A DNA stretch of 64,000 bases. Source: a virus. Below the pieces are notes generated by a model. It saw only the letters and a list, made by a program, of their open reading frames with translations, ran no database searches and was not told where the DNA came from. The DNA is taken from positions 92,009 to 156,008 of IMG/VR virus record IMGVR_UViG_3300037478_000708. One strand, 5' to 3'. Below are positions 42,482 to 51,579 of the stretch, one piece after another; the stretch's first letter is position 1, and the number at the start of each line of letters is the position of its first letter. Position numbers and translations under genes: made by a program.

Positions 42482-44197
42482 ATGTTCGGATCGGTAGGCT
42501 TAGCGCCCGCTGTGTTGAACATCGCACGCAACCTCACGCTGCCGGAAGAGGCTCAAACCCAGACGTTTGGCATCCTCGCCAAGCGGGGCATGGGAAAGAC
42601 CTACACCATGCTCGTGATGGCGGAGGAGATGTGGGACAGCGGGCTCCGTTTCGTCATCGCCGATCCGATCGGGGTGTGCTGGGGGTTGCGCACGTCCGCC
42701 GACGGTAAACGGCCCGGCATCCCGGTTCTCGTGCTCGGCGGCGACCACGGAGACATCCCGCTCGAGGAGACCTCGGGTCACCTCGTTGCAGATCTCGTGG
42801 TGCAGGAACACGTCTCCTGTGTGCTCGACCTGTCCCGCCTGCGCAAGGGGGCGCAGGTGCGCTTCATGACGGAGTTCGCCGAACGGCTGTACCACACGAA
42901 TCGGGAGCCGCTGCACCTGTTCCTCGACGAGGCCGACGCCTTCGCTCCGCAGCGTCCGCAGCGAGGACAGGAGCGCATGCTGGGCGCCATCGAGGACATC
43001 GTTCGACGCGGGCGTGCCAGGGGGCTCGGTGCGACGCTCGTGACGCAGCGCTCGGCCGTGCTGAACAAGAACGTGCTGACGCAGATCGAATGCCTCGTCG
43101 CGTTTCGCATGCTCTCGCCCCAGGATCGGAGCGCGCTGGACGAGTGGATCAAGGCGCAGGCGAGCGACGCGGAGCGCAAGCTCGTGATCGATTCTCTGGC
43201 TTCGCTTCCCGTGGGCACGGCTTGGTGGTGGTGCCCCGGCTGGCTCGACCTTCTCGTCAAGGCGAAGACCCGCAAGCGGCGCACTTACGACAGCTCGCGC
43301 ACGCCGACCGCGAAGGATCGGACGTCGGCGAAGAGCATGGCGGAGGTGGACCTTGAGGACGTGCGCGTTCGCATGGCGGCGACCGTGGAGCGCGCGCAGG
43401 CCAACGATCCGCGACACCTTCAGCGGCGCATTCGAGAGCTGGAGGAGGAGCTGGCGCGCGTCCGGTCGGAGCCCGTGGTCGACGAAAAGGCCGTCGCCGA
43501 AGCCGTCGAGTTGGAGCGCGTTCGTCTGGAACGTGACGTCGGCACGGCGGCGGCCCGTTTGCGCGAGCGCGCAACTCAGGTGATCGACGAAGTGGTCGAA
43601 GCGATCGAGGGGCACTTCCGACCGTCGCTTCGGATGGCCCCGTCGGCGCAAGTGCTGAAGAAGAGCGCGCCGCGGTCCGTTCCGGCGCCGATCAACCGGA
43701 TGGTCAACAACAACCTTCCGCCGGCCCGGCAGCGCATTCTGAATGCTCTCCTGTTCCTCGAGAGCCTCGATGTTCTCCCGGCGGATCGGACGCAACTCGC
43801 GCTCTTCGCCGACACGAGCCCCAAGTCCTCGGGCTACGCGAACAACCTCGGCGCGTTGCGCACGGCCGGCTACATCGACTACCCGCAAGGTGGATCGGTG
43901 AGCCTGACCGAAGCCGGCCGAGCGATCGCCGATGAGGATTGCACGATCGAGTCCGTGGAGGAGCTGCACGCGGCCCTGGCGTCGCGTCTGCCGCCCGCGA
44001 AGTGGCGGATCCTCAAAGCGTGCATCGACGCCTACCCGGCTTCGCTTGGGCGCGATGAGCTGGCCGAACGGATCGGGGCTTCGCCGCGATCGTCGGGCTA
44101 TGCGAACAACCTCGGGAGCCTGCGCTCGCTCGGGCTCATCGACTACCCCACGCTCGGCCACGTGGCCGCGTGTTCCGTTCTATTCTTGAAAGGCTGA
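42482..44197 (+). CDS. HerA/FtsK-like (DUF87-type) ATPase with coiled coil and two wHTH repeats (start uncertain)
   Basis: AKRGMGKT, DPIG.W, LDEAD.FAPQ, RRGR.RG, TQR; duplicated S.SSGYANNLG.LR..G.IDYP. Confidence 0.8.
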   Translation: MFGSVGLAPAVLNIARNLTLPEEAQTQTFGILAKRGMGKTYTMLVMAEEMWDSGLRFVIADPIGVCWGLRTSADGKRPGIPVLVLGGDHGDIPLEETSGHLVADLVVQEHVSCVLDLSRLRKGAQVRFMTEFAERLYHTNREPLHLFLDEADAFAPQRPQRGQERMLGAIEDIVRRGRARGLGATLVTQRSAVLNKNVLTQIECLVAFRMLSPQDRSALDEWIKAQASDAERKLVIDSLASLPVGTAWWWCPGWLDLLVKAKTRKRRTYDSSRTPTAKDRTSAKSMAEVDLEDVRVRMAATVERAQANDPRHLQRRIRELEEELARVRSEPVVDEKAVAEAVELERVRLERDVGTAAARLRERATQVIDEVVEAIEGHFRPSLRMAPSAQVLKKSAPRSVPAPINRMVNNNLPPARQRILNALLFLESLDVLPADRTQLALFADTSPKSSGYANNLGALRTAGYIDYPQGGSVSLTEAGRAIADEDCTIESVEELHAALASRLPPAKWRILKACIDAYPASLGRDELAERIGASPRSSGYANNLGSLRSLGLIDYPTLGHVAACSVLFLKG

Positions 44198-44212
44198 AGC
44201 AGGAGACACCTG

Positions 44213-44386
44213 ATGCCGCAAGCGTACGAGTTCACCAAGAGAGACCGCGCCTCGATCGTCAAGGGCTACAAGAAGAAGTCGATGGCCGAGCTGGCCGAGT
44301 CCTACGAGGTTTCCATCGCGGTCATCCGACGCGTCCTGATCGAGGAAGGGGTGGAGATTCGTCCGCGCGGCGGTCGCGTGAAGTAG
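44213..44386 (+). CDS. 57-aa helix-turn-helix protein (below the ORF-track cutoff)
   Basis: AGGAG RBS; MPQAYEF...SMAELAESYEVSIAVIRRVLIEEGVEIRPRG. Confidence 0.75.
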   Translation: MPQAYEFTKRDRASIVKGYKKKSMAELAESYEVSIAVIRRVLIEEGVEIRPRGGRVK

Positions 44387-44390
44387 TCGC

Positions 44391-45077
44391 GTGTTCAACC
44401 AGCTCTGCGCTCTGGTCGAAAGGCACTACCCCGCGAAGAGCCTCATGCGGTGTCTTCGCGGGGCGGTGCCGCTCGACTACCGAGAGGAGATCGACCGGGA
44501 GGACGTCTACGGTCGCGGCGGCGCGCATGCCGCGTCGATCGAGTTCAAGATGCCCCGACCGGTGATCGCGCTCGACGGAGAGCACACGTGCTTCGTCATC
44601 GCCGACTACGCGGACGAGCAGGTGGGCCTCTTCGGCGAGCGCATCGTTCTCCAGTGCCAGCACTTCGAGCACGATCCGGAGGCTCCCGGAACGCCGCCGA
44701 ATATCCCCGACGATGCAGGGCTCGTGTCGGTGTGCAAGATCTACGCGAAGGAGGTGCCGGACTTCGGGCGCGTGCAGTACGAGGGCGACGTGGGCTACAC
44801 CTTCGTCGCGTCGAAGAGGAAGGGCATGGTCATGGATCCACGCGAGATGCAGCGAGCGACGCTGGCGCGTGCTGAGACCATCGCGGATCCGCAAGAGCGC
44901 ATCATGTTCCTGACCTTCGGACCGGAGCTGACGCTTCGCGCGGCCGTGGGCGCTTTGGAGCGCGTGGTGCACGTCACGGGTCTCGGCGCGCTGACGGAGC
45001 ATCCGCCCGTTCAGGCTGTTCGGGGCAAGGTCGACCGCCTGCTGCGCTGGGAGGAGCGGCCGTGTCTGAGGATCTGA
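44391..45077 (+). CDS. Hypothetical protein
   Basis: ORF in operon. Confidence 0.55.
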   Translation: MFNQLCALVERHYPAKSLMRCLRGAVPLDYREEIDREDVYGRGGAHAASIEFKMPRPVIALDGEHTCFVIADYADEQVGLFGERIVLQCQHFEHDPEAPGTPPNIPDDAGLVSVCKIYAKEVPDFGRVQYEGDVGYTFVASKRKGMVMDPREMQRATLARAETIADPQERIMFLTFGPELTLRAAVGALERVVHVTGLGALTEHPPVQAVRGKVDRLLRWEERPCLRI

Positions 45078-45487
45078 GCCACGAGGACGTCTTCGCGGGC
45101 TTCGAGGCGGCGCGTCACACGCTCCTCAGTGCGCACGTGTGCGAGCTGCGGGCTCCGAAGAACGGCGAGCGGGTTGAGTTGGGGCAGGAGTTCCGCGCGC
45201 TCATCCTGCTCCACGGACGTTCGGGAGTGGTGCGCGGATGGGACCATCGCGGGATGGGCCTGCAAGAAGTTCGCGAGTTCGACTTCGCCGCGTGGCCCGC
45301 GACGATGCCCGAGCGGGACTGCAAGGCGCTGCGTCGGATCGTGCACTCCCCGGAGTGGGTCCTGATTTCGGCCGGCGGCTATAAGGCCGCGCAGCCGGTT
45401 ACCGGGCGGTGGCTCTTCCGCGGGGATGACGACTTCGAGCGTCTCTCCAAGCTGCCGCTCGTAGGCGAGGTTAGCCGAACCCAATGA
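45062..45487 (+). CDS. Hypothetical protein
   Basis: ORF in operon, ATGA coupled to sbcD. Confidence 0.5.
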   Translation: MSEDLSHEDVFAGFEAARHTLLSAHVCELRAPKNGERVELGQEFRALILLHGRSGVVRGWDHRGMGLQEVREFDFAAWPATMPERDCKALRRIVHSPEWVLISAGGYKAAQPVTGRWLFRGDDDFERLSKLPLVGEVSRTQ

Positions 45488-46479
45488 AGATCGCCGTCAC
45501 CGGAGACCTCCAATTCAGTGAGCAGACCAAGCTCTCCTACCAGACCGAGGAGGGCGTGACCTCGCGCCTGCGCGATCAGGTGCAGTGCTTCGCGTGGATG
45601 GTCGAGCAGGCCGTCATGCAGCACTGCGAAGGTCTGGTCGTGCTCGGGGACATCTTCGATCCCCGTCGATCGATCCCGGTGCCGGTCATCGATCGAGCTT
45701 GCCGAGCGTTCAGCGTGGCGTCCGAGCACCTGTGGATCGCGGCCGTCATGGGGAACCACGAGGCGTACAAGCGCACGCCGGAGATCAACTCGCTCCAGGC
45801 GCTCCTGGGGGTGGCGGAGATCTGGGACGCTCCGGGGGTCGACGGCGAGCTGGCGTTCGTTCCCTGGACGGAGGAGCCCGGGGCCTACCGCAAGGCGATC
45901 GGTGAGGTGGCCGGGCAGGGCGCGCGCTACCTCTTCAGTCACGTCACGCTGGACGGCGCCGTGCCGGCGGCCGGTGTGGGCATCCCGAAGAAGGATCTGC
46001 GTCCGCATCGCTGGCGCAGGATTCTCCTGGGGGACGTGCACGAGCCGCTCGCGTTTCCGCCGAACATCCAGTACGCCGGTGCGCCGATGCAGCACCACTT
46101 CGGCGACGTCGCCGGAGAGCGGGGATTCTGGGTGCTCGACACGGACTCCGCGGACCTCGACTTCGTTGTGAACGACGTCTCGCCGCGGTTTCACTACGTC
46201 GAGGAGGCCGCCGATCTTGAGGGCATCCGGGAGAACGACTTCGTGCGGGTGCGGGCAGAGGATCCGGATCTGGCGGAGGAACTCGCGTTGCGCGCCGGGA
46301 GGCTCGCGTCGTGGGTCGAGTCGGAGACGGTGCGCCTGGAGGAATTGCCGCCGCGTCTCGACGTCAAGGGGGTGGAGTCGGCGGAGGGGATCCTTCGTCG
46401 ATGGGTTGAGCACACGGAGAGCGAGATCCCCGGCCTTGTGGCTACGGGTCTGGATCTCCTGACGGAGGTCGAAGGATGA
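45484..46479 (+). CDS. sbcD: SbcD/Mre11/gp47-like nuclease
   Basis: GDLQ, LGDIFD, GNHE, FSH, LGDVH, YAGAPMQHHFGD. Confidence 0.85.
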   Translation: MKIAVTGDLQFSEQTKLSYQTEEGVTSRLRDQVQCFAWMVEQAVMQHCEGLVVLGDIFDPRRSIPVPVIDRACRAFSVASEHLWIAAVMGNHEAYKRTPEINSLQALLGVAEIWDAPGVDGELAFVPWTEEPGAYRKAIGEVAGQGARYLFSHVTLDGAVPAAGVGIPKKDLRPHRWRRILLGDVHEPLAFPPNIQYAGAPMQHHFGDVAGERGFWVLDTDSADLDFVVNDVSPRFHYVEEAADLEGIRENDFVRVRAEDPDLAEELALRAGRLASWVESETVRLEELPPRLDVKGVESAEGILRRWVEHTESEIPGLVATGLDLLTEVEG

Positions 46480-46790
46480 TGGAGATGATCTCCGGAGACG
46501 CGTTCGACGAACTCGCCGAGCGCGGGTCGGCTACGGTCGTTCGTATCCACCGGCCGTTCGGCGACCCTCCGGCCTTCGCTCTGTACGGTTCGGTGGGCGA
46601 ACTGCTCCTTTGCTATCCGTTCGACAGCGCGATCGGGAAAGGCTTGCTGGACATGCTCGGTCCGGGTTCGGGAGACACGTATCACAAGATGGTCTCGGTG
46701 GGCGACAAGCTCGCCCTGTCGTCTCCGCTCGGTCCGGACGATCCGGAGCGGAGCGCGTTCTTCACGAGTGCCGGGGAGGCCGAAGAGTGA
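46476..46790 (+). CDS. Hypothetical protein
   Basis: ATGA coupling. Confidence 0.5.
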   Translation: MMEMISGDAFDELAERGSATVVRIHRPFGDPPAFALYGSVGELLLCYPFDSAIGKGLLDMLGPGSGDTYHKMVSVGDKLALSSPLGPDDPERSAFFTSAGEAEE

Positions 46791-46999
46791 TCCGCAGTCG
46801 TCCCAGACTCATCCAGTCACGCGAAGTGCACGTCGCGAAGGTCCGTCGATGGCTCTGGCAGGTCTTCCGGCACCCGCTGACGCCGTACTACGCGATCGAC
46901 GCCTGGAATCGGGAGGGCACGGTAACGCTCGTTGCCGCCTCCCGAAACCGCGACCCGGACGATTCGGGGATGCTCGTGTTCTTCAGGAAGCGGAGCTAA
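46787..46999 (+). CDS. Small hypothetical protein
   Basis: GTGA coupling. Confidence 0.45.
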   Translation: MIRSRPRLIQSREVHVAKVRRWLWQVFRHPLTPYYAIDAWNREGTVTLVAASRNRDPDDSGMLVFFRKRS

Positions 47000-47002
47000 G
47001 GG

Positions 47003-48931
47003 ATGCGAATCGGCCCGGTTATCCTCCACAACTTCGGACCGTTCGAGCACGTCGAGTTCGACCTCTCGAAGCCGGGGCTCACCGGGATCGAGGGTGTCAT
47101 GCACGACCGTCCCGGTTGCACGAGCAACGGAAGCGGCAAGAGCATGCTCATAGAGGGCGTGTCGTGGGTCTGCTTCGATCGCGTGCTGCGGGAGCGCTAC
47201 GGCAAGGACGATCTGATCCGCCTCCAGTTCAAGGCGAATGGCGGCAACAAGCTCGCGCTGCGAACGGATGGGAACGGGTCTCCGATCCGTCCGTCCGATG
47301 GGTGCTACGGGATCGTGCACGTCGTTGGAGGTTCGGTGGACATTCGCATCGAGCGCTACCGAGGGCATGCCGTCGAAGGCAACAAGGTCAAGCTGTTCAT
47401 CGGGGGCAAGGACGTCACGCGAGGGCGTGATTCGATGACGAACCTCGCGATCGAGCAGACGCTCGGGATGGACTTCCGCGCGTTCATCAGCTCGATCGCC
47501 TTCGGTGCGCGGGAGGACGTGAAGGGCTTCTTCGCCGCGACGGACTCCGAACGTAAGGCCACGCTCGACAAGCTCCTGGGCATGGAGGTCTACGCGCAGG
47601 CGCAGAAACGGGCGCGCGTCCGGCTGGCCGCCGTGGCCGAGAAGCTCAGCGCGAGCGAGCGGAAGAGGGCCTCGTTGGAAGCGCGGTGTCAGGATCAGCA
47701 AAAGACCCTCGACGAGCTGCTCGGGCAGGACGATGGGGAGGTCGAGCTGCGTTGGAAGAAGGCACGCGCCAGCGTGGTGCTGGCAGAGCGGCAGCTCGAG
47801 CGCCTGCGGGAAGAGGTCGTGGAGGCTGAGGCGGACGTCGCGCAGGAGGAGCAAGCCGCGGAAGTCATCCGCGAAGCCCACGCGAAGGCCGTCCGTGCGC
47901 ACAAGGAACGCCGTCGGGAGATCGAGGCGGAGCGGCGCGCGAAGGAGGATCTCCGGGCGCAGCACCGTTCCGATGCGCGGGTTGGAGAGCAGGATCTCGC
48001 CACCTGGCAGAGTCTCGGGGGTAAGAACTGCCCCACCTGCTTGCAGGTCGTGCCGAAGACGCTCGCGTTACGTGCGCAACGAGCGGCCTTGGCCAAGAGG
48101 GACACTGCGCAGGATGCCGCGGAGGCCGCCGCGAAGGATGCGCAGGCGCTAGAGGAGGCGCTGAGTCGGCTTGGGGAGCCGCCGGAGCCGCCGCAGTTGT
48201 GGCTCTTGGAAGGCGCGAAGGAGGTTCTCCGCCAACGGCGCGAGGCTGTGGCCGCGCAGGAGCGCGACGTGGCCGTTGCGCAGTCCGAAGCTCGTGCGGC
48301 TGCCCGCGAGAAGGAGCGCGCCGCGCAGCAACGCGAGGCGATTCAGGCGCGCTTGAGCGAGATGCTCGCGGAGATCGAGAAGCTGACCGCGGACTCCGCG
48401 CAGGACGCGCTGGAGGCCGACCGCCTGGAATTCTGGGTCGATGGGTTCGGAGCAGGTGGTCTGCGGAGCTTCCTGATCGAGGCGGAGATTCCGGAGATCA
48501 ACCGTGCGGCGTCCCGTTACGCGCAGCGGCTCCTGGGTCCGGGGGCCACGGTTCAGATGTCGGCCACGCGTCAGCTCAAGGGTGGCGACACGCGGGAGGA
48601 GCTGGACGTGCGCGCCACGATTCCGGGTTGCACGGTCACCTATCCGGGCGCGAGCAAGGGGCAAAAGAGGCGCTTGGACCTCTCGTTGCTACTGGCCTTC
48701 CGAGAGATCGTCGGCCGGCGCTACGCGAAGAAGTTCGCGCAGCTCTTCGCCGACGAGCTGTTCGACGGCTTGGACGATGCGGGAGAGGACTCCGTTGTGG
48801 AGCTGCTGCGCGAGATCTCCGCGACCTGTCCGGTAGCCCTCGTGACGCACTCGGATGCGCTCAAGGCGTCGGCTGACCGGTTGCTCGTGGTGCACCACAA
48901 GAACGGCGTCGCGACCCTGGAGGACGCATGA
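47003..48931 (+). CDS. sbcC: SbcC/Rad50/gp46-like ATPase
   Basis: NF..F, SNGSGKS, coiled coils with CPTC Zn hook, SKGQKRR signature, DELFDGLD, VTH. Confidence 0.9.
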   Translation: MRIGPVILHNFGPFEHVEFDLSKPGLTGIEGVMHDRPGCTSNGSGKSMLIEGVSWVCFDRVLRERYGKDDLIRLQFKANGGNKLALRTDGNGSPIRPSDGCYGIVHVVGGSVDIRIERYRGHAVEGNKVKLFIGGKDVTRGRDSMTNLAIEQTLGMDFRAFISSIAFGAREDVKGFFAATDSERKATLDKLLGMEVYAQAQKRARVRLAAVAEKLSASERKRASLEARCQDQQKTLDELLGQDDGEVELRWKKARASVVLAERQLERLREEVVEAEADVAQEEQAAEVIREAHAKAVRAHKERRREIEAERRAKEDLRAQHRSDARVGEQDLATWQSLGGKNCPTCLQVVPKTLALRAQRAALAKRDTAQDAAEAAAKDAQALEEALSRLGEPPEPPQLWLLEGAKEVLRQRREAVAAQERDVAVAQSEARAAAREKERAAQQREAIQARLSEMLAEIEKLTADSAQDALEADRLEFWVDGFGAGGLRSFLIEAEIPEINRAASRYAQRLLGPGATVQMSATRQLKGGDTREELDVRATIPGCTVTYPGASKGQKRRLDLSLLLAFREIVGRRYAKKFAQLFADELFDGLDDAGEDSVVELLREISATCPVALVTHSDALKASADRLLVVHHKNGVATLEDA

Positions 48932-49599
48932 GCGCGTTTGAAACCTTCGAGATTCGAGAAGAGGACCGTCAGGCGATCCTGTTGGCCCTGGCGAAGCTCT
49001 CGCTCAGTCGCCCCGGTTGGGCGGAGTACACGCGGACCATTGCCGAGCGGCTGTTGGGCGAGGAGATCTTCGACCAGTTCGTGAGCCTCGGGGAAGACGC
49101 CGCGGACACTCTGCCGCTTGACGCGATCGAATCGTTCTCCGCGCACGCGAGCTACAACTCGGGCACGGACGAGTTGACGTACCGCGCCGAGCCTGGGCTT
49201 ACCGTCGCAGTGCCGGTCGATGCGGTCTGCACGGTGCTCATGGATGCAGACCGCTCGCGCGTCCTTGGAGTGCGGTTGGCGGGGACCGTGATTCGATCCT
49301 GCATGGGCGTCGGCGCGGCGGCGCGATTCCCCGGCGAGGTGCGCATGGCGGGGGCAATCGTTCCGGAGCCGCCCCCGCTCCGCGCGGAGGTTCGCGCGGA
49401 GGGGGGCAGGCTGGTCGGTTACTTGCCGGCCGATGAGGTGGCCGAGGATGACGAGGTGCTGACGAAGGGCGGCCACGCTCCGGGTCCGACGATGCTCGAC
49501 GTGTTCCTGGGGTGGGCGAGGAAGCGCGGCTTCACCGTCAGTCGAGAAGAGGCGAGCGGGCTCCTCAAGGTTCTCCGTATCGACCCCGAGTCGAGATGA
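48928..49599 (+). CDS. Hypothetical protein
   Basis: RQAILLALAKLSLSRPGW; ATGA coupling. Confidence 0.55.
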   Translation: MSAFETFEIREEDRQAILLALAKLSLSRPGWAEYTRTIAERLLGEEIFDQFVSLGEDAADTLPLDAIESFSAHASYNSGTDELTYRAEPGLTVAVPVDAVCTVLMDADRSRVLGVRLAGTVIRSCMGVGAAARFPGEVRMAGAIVPEPPPLRAEVRAEGGRLVGYLPADEVAEDDEVLTKGGHAPGPTMLDVFLGWARKRGFTVSREEASGLLKVLRIDPESR

Positions 49600-50156
49600 C
49601 CGACGGACGCCGCAAGGGGCAGACGTTCATGCTCGAGCAGTGCCGCGTGCTCGCGCATTGGTGGTTCGGTACGCCGCTGTCGCTGCACTACACGATGCTG
49701 CCCCTGCGCCCGAAGAGCACGGTGGTCGCGCCGATGGAAGGGTGGGCGCGGAAGGGCGACCTCGACGTGCATCCGCAGCACGCGACCGACTGGCCGTTCG
49801 CCGTCGAGTGCAAGAACGACGAGCGCTGGGAAGGGCTCGAGCGGCTCTGGGAGTCGCCGAAGTACCCGCTCTGGTCGTGGTGGAAGCAGTGCGTCGCGCA
49901 GGCGGGCACGTGGGAAAATGCTCACCCCCTCTTGCTTTTCTCCCGGAATCGCCGCAAAACCTACGTCTTGGCGCGCTACAAGACGCTGGAATGGCTCGAT
50001 TCAAAACCGCAACACGGACCGGTGGTCCGGCTCGAACGCCCCTCAGAGGAGCCGCTCGGGATGCTGCTGCTCGACGATCTGGTAGCTCGCGAGCCCCCGC
50101 ACCGAAGCTCTCGAAGGAAAGCGTCTCCCAGGCGCTCTACGAAGAGTTCGACCTGA
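49596..50156 (+). CDS. PD-(D/E)xK Holliday-junction resolvase-like nuclease
   Basis: KG..E, GDL, FAVECK, WW.Q, PLLLF. Confidence 0.75.
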   Translation: MTDGRRKGQTFMLEQCRVLAHWWFGTPLSLHYTMLPLRPKSTVVAPMEGWARKGDLDVHPQHATDWPFAVECKNDERWEGLERLWESPKYPLWSWWKQCVAQAGTWENAHPLLLFSRNRRKTYVLARYKTLEWLDSKPQHGPVVRLERPSEEPLGMLLLDDLVAREPPHRSSRRKASPRRSTKSST

Positions 50157-50389
50157 CCCGTGAGGTCTCGGCCGCGGTCTGGGACCACATTCTCGGCCTC
50201 TTCCGCGAGACGCTGGCCGACGGGGGATCCGTCGTGCTCAAGAACGTGGGGACCCTGGCCGTCTACGAACGCGCGCCCCGGTTGTACCGTAACCCGCGGA
50301 CGGGAAGCACCATCGATCCCCGGCCGGTGCGTGCCGTCCGCTTCCAGTCCTCCCGGAACCTCCGGGAACAGCTCAAGGAAACCGACTGA
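49991..50389 (+). CDS. HU/IHF-family DNA-binding protein
   Basis: L..GGSVVLKNVGTL....R..R..RNPRTG......VRFQSS..L. Confidence 0.8.
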   Translation: MARFKTATRTGGPARTPLRGAARDAAARRSGSSRAPAPKLSKESVSQALYEEFDLTREVSAAVWDHILGLFRETLADGGSVVLKNVGTLAVYERAPRLYRNPRTGSTIDPRPVRAVRFQSSRNLREQLKETD

Positions 50390-50859
50390 TGCCTAACGAA
50401 CCGACACCCCTCGGCCAATCGGCCGTGACCGCAGGACAAGCCCGCGTGCGCCCCAAGCCGGAGGACGAGGCGCCCCGTCACGTCGAGCGCAAGCCCCCCG
50501 TCGACGGCCCGACGCCCGTCGGTGAGACCGTGCAGACCGCGCCGCCCAAGCGCCCCGAGGCCGCCCCGCGCTCGGTGGAGCAGCTCCGCCAGTCGGCGCG
50601 GAACCTCGCGTTGCTGGCCCGGCAGGCCATCGGCAACGGCTGGGAAACGATGTCCGCGGTGCCGCATCAGATCGCGGACCTGTGCGTGCTCGTGGAAGGC
50701 GTGCGCGAAGCCTCAACGGACTGGGCGGAGGAACGCCAGCGCCTCTTGCAGCGGATCGCTGAGCTGGAGGCGGACCCTCGGCTGCATGCGCCGATGGGTT
50801 CGGTGGCGAGCCCGGCGCACGAGGGCGGCTCCTTCACCGGTCCCGGTCAACGAGGGTAA
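50389..50859 (+). CDS. Hypothetical protein
   Basis: TGATG coupling; Pro-rich N terminus, coiled coil. Confidence 0.5.
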   Translation: MPNEPTPLGQSAVTAGQARVRPKPEDEAPRHVERKPPVDGPTPVGETVQTAPPKRPEAAPRSVEQLRQSARNLALLARQAIGNGWETMSAVPHQIADLCVLVEGVREASTDWAEERQRLLQRIAELEADPRLHAPMGSVASPAHEGGSFTGPGQRG

Positions 50860-50868
50860 GCGATTCCC

Positions 50869-51579
50869 GTGCTGGAGGAGTTCGAGCGGCAGCTCGTCAA
50901 GGATGCCTTCTTCCAGGGGCCCGCCGCGTTGCTCGAGGCGGGGATGAGCCCGGAGGACATCCGTGCGTTCCTCGAGCGCGACGACGTGCAGACGGAGGCG
51001 CTCGCGCTCAAGCGCGAGTTGGATCATCACGACCAGCTCAAGGCTCGCGCGAAGTTCTACGTCCGTCGATCGCTGCACCGCCTCGTCGAGCCGGCGCTGT
51101 CCGTCCTGGCGCTGTCGTTGGCCGGGCCGGAGTACCTGCGGGATCCGAAGAAGGGGACCATCATGCGGGACAGCCGCGGGAACCCCATGCTCAAGAACGC
51201 GGAGCCGACCGCCGTGCAGATGAAGGCCGTGGATACGGTGCTGCACGGCGTCGGCCTGCACGACTTCCGCATCAACCCGGAGCCCGGTGCGGACAACCAA
51301 GTGCACCTGCTCTTCAAGGCCGCGGAGGAGCCCCGCACCGTCGACATTGAGGACGGCTCGCTGACGGAGAAGGAGCGTGTGCTGGCGCGGGAGCGCGTGC
51401 GCACGGCTATCGATCGACTGGCGCCGCGCCTGCCGGCCGCGCGCGACAAGTTCCGGCAGGAGTTCCTCGACGCGATGAAGGGTCCGGCACGTGGCCGTAC
51501 GGGCGGACGGAAGAAGAAGACGGCGGCGAAGGTCGCGAAGAAGAAGTCCTCCGCGAGCCGTGGCAAAGCGACAGGCTAA
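50869..51579 (+). CDS. Putative terminase small subunit
   Basis: Helical protein immediately upstream of and overlapping terL (positional inference). Confidence 0.45.
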   Translation: MLEEFERQLVKDAFFQGPAALLEAGMSPEDIRAFLERDDVQTEALALKRELDHHDQLKARAKFYVRRSLHRLVEPALSVLALSLAGPEYLRDPKKGTIMRDSRGNPMLKNAEPTAVQMKAVDTVLHGVGLHDFRINPEPGADNQVHLLFKAAEEPRTVDIEDGSLTEKERVLARERVRTAIDRLAPRLPAARDKFRQEFLDAMKGPARGRTGGRKKKTAAKVAKKKSSASRGKATG

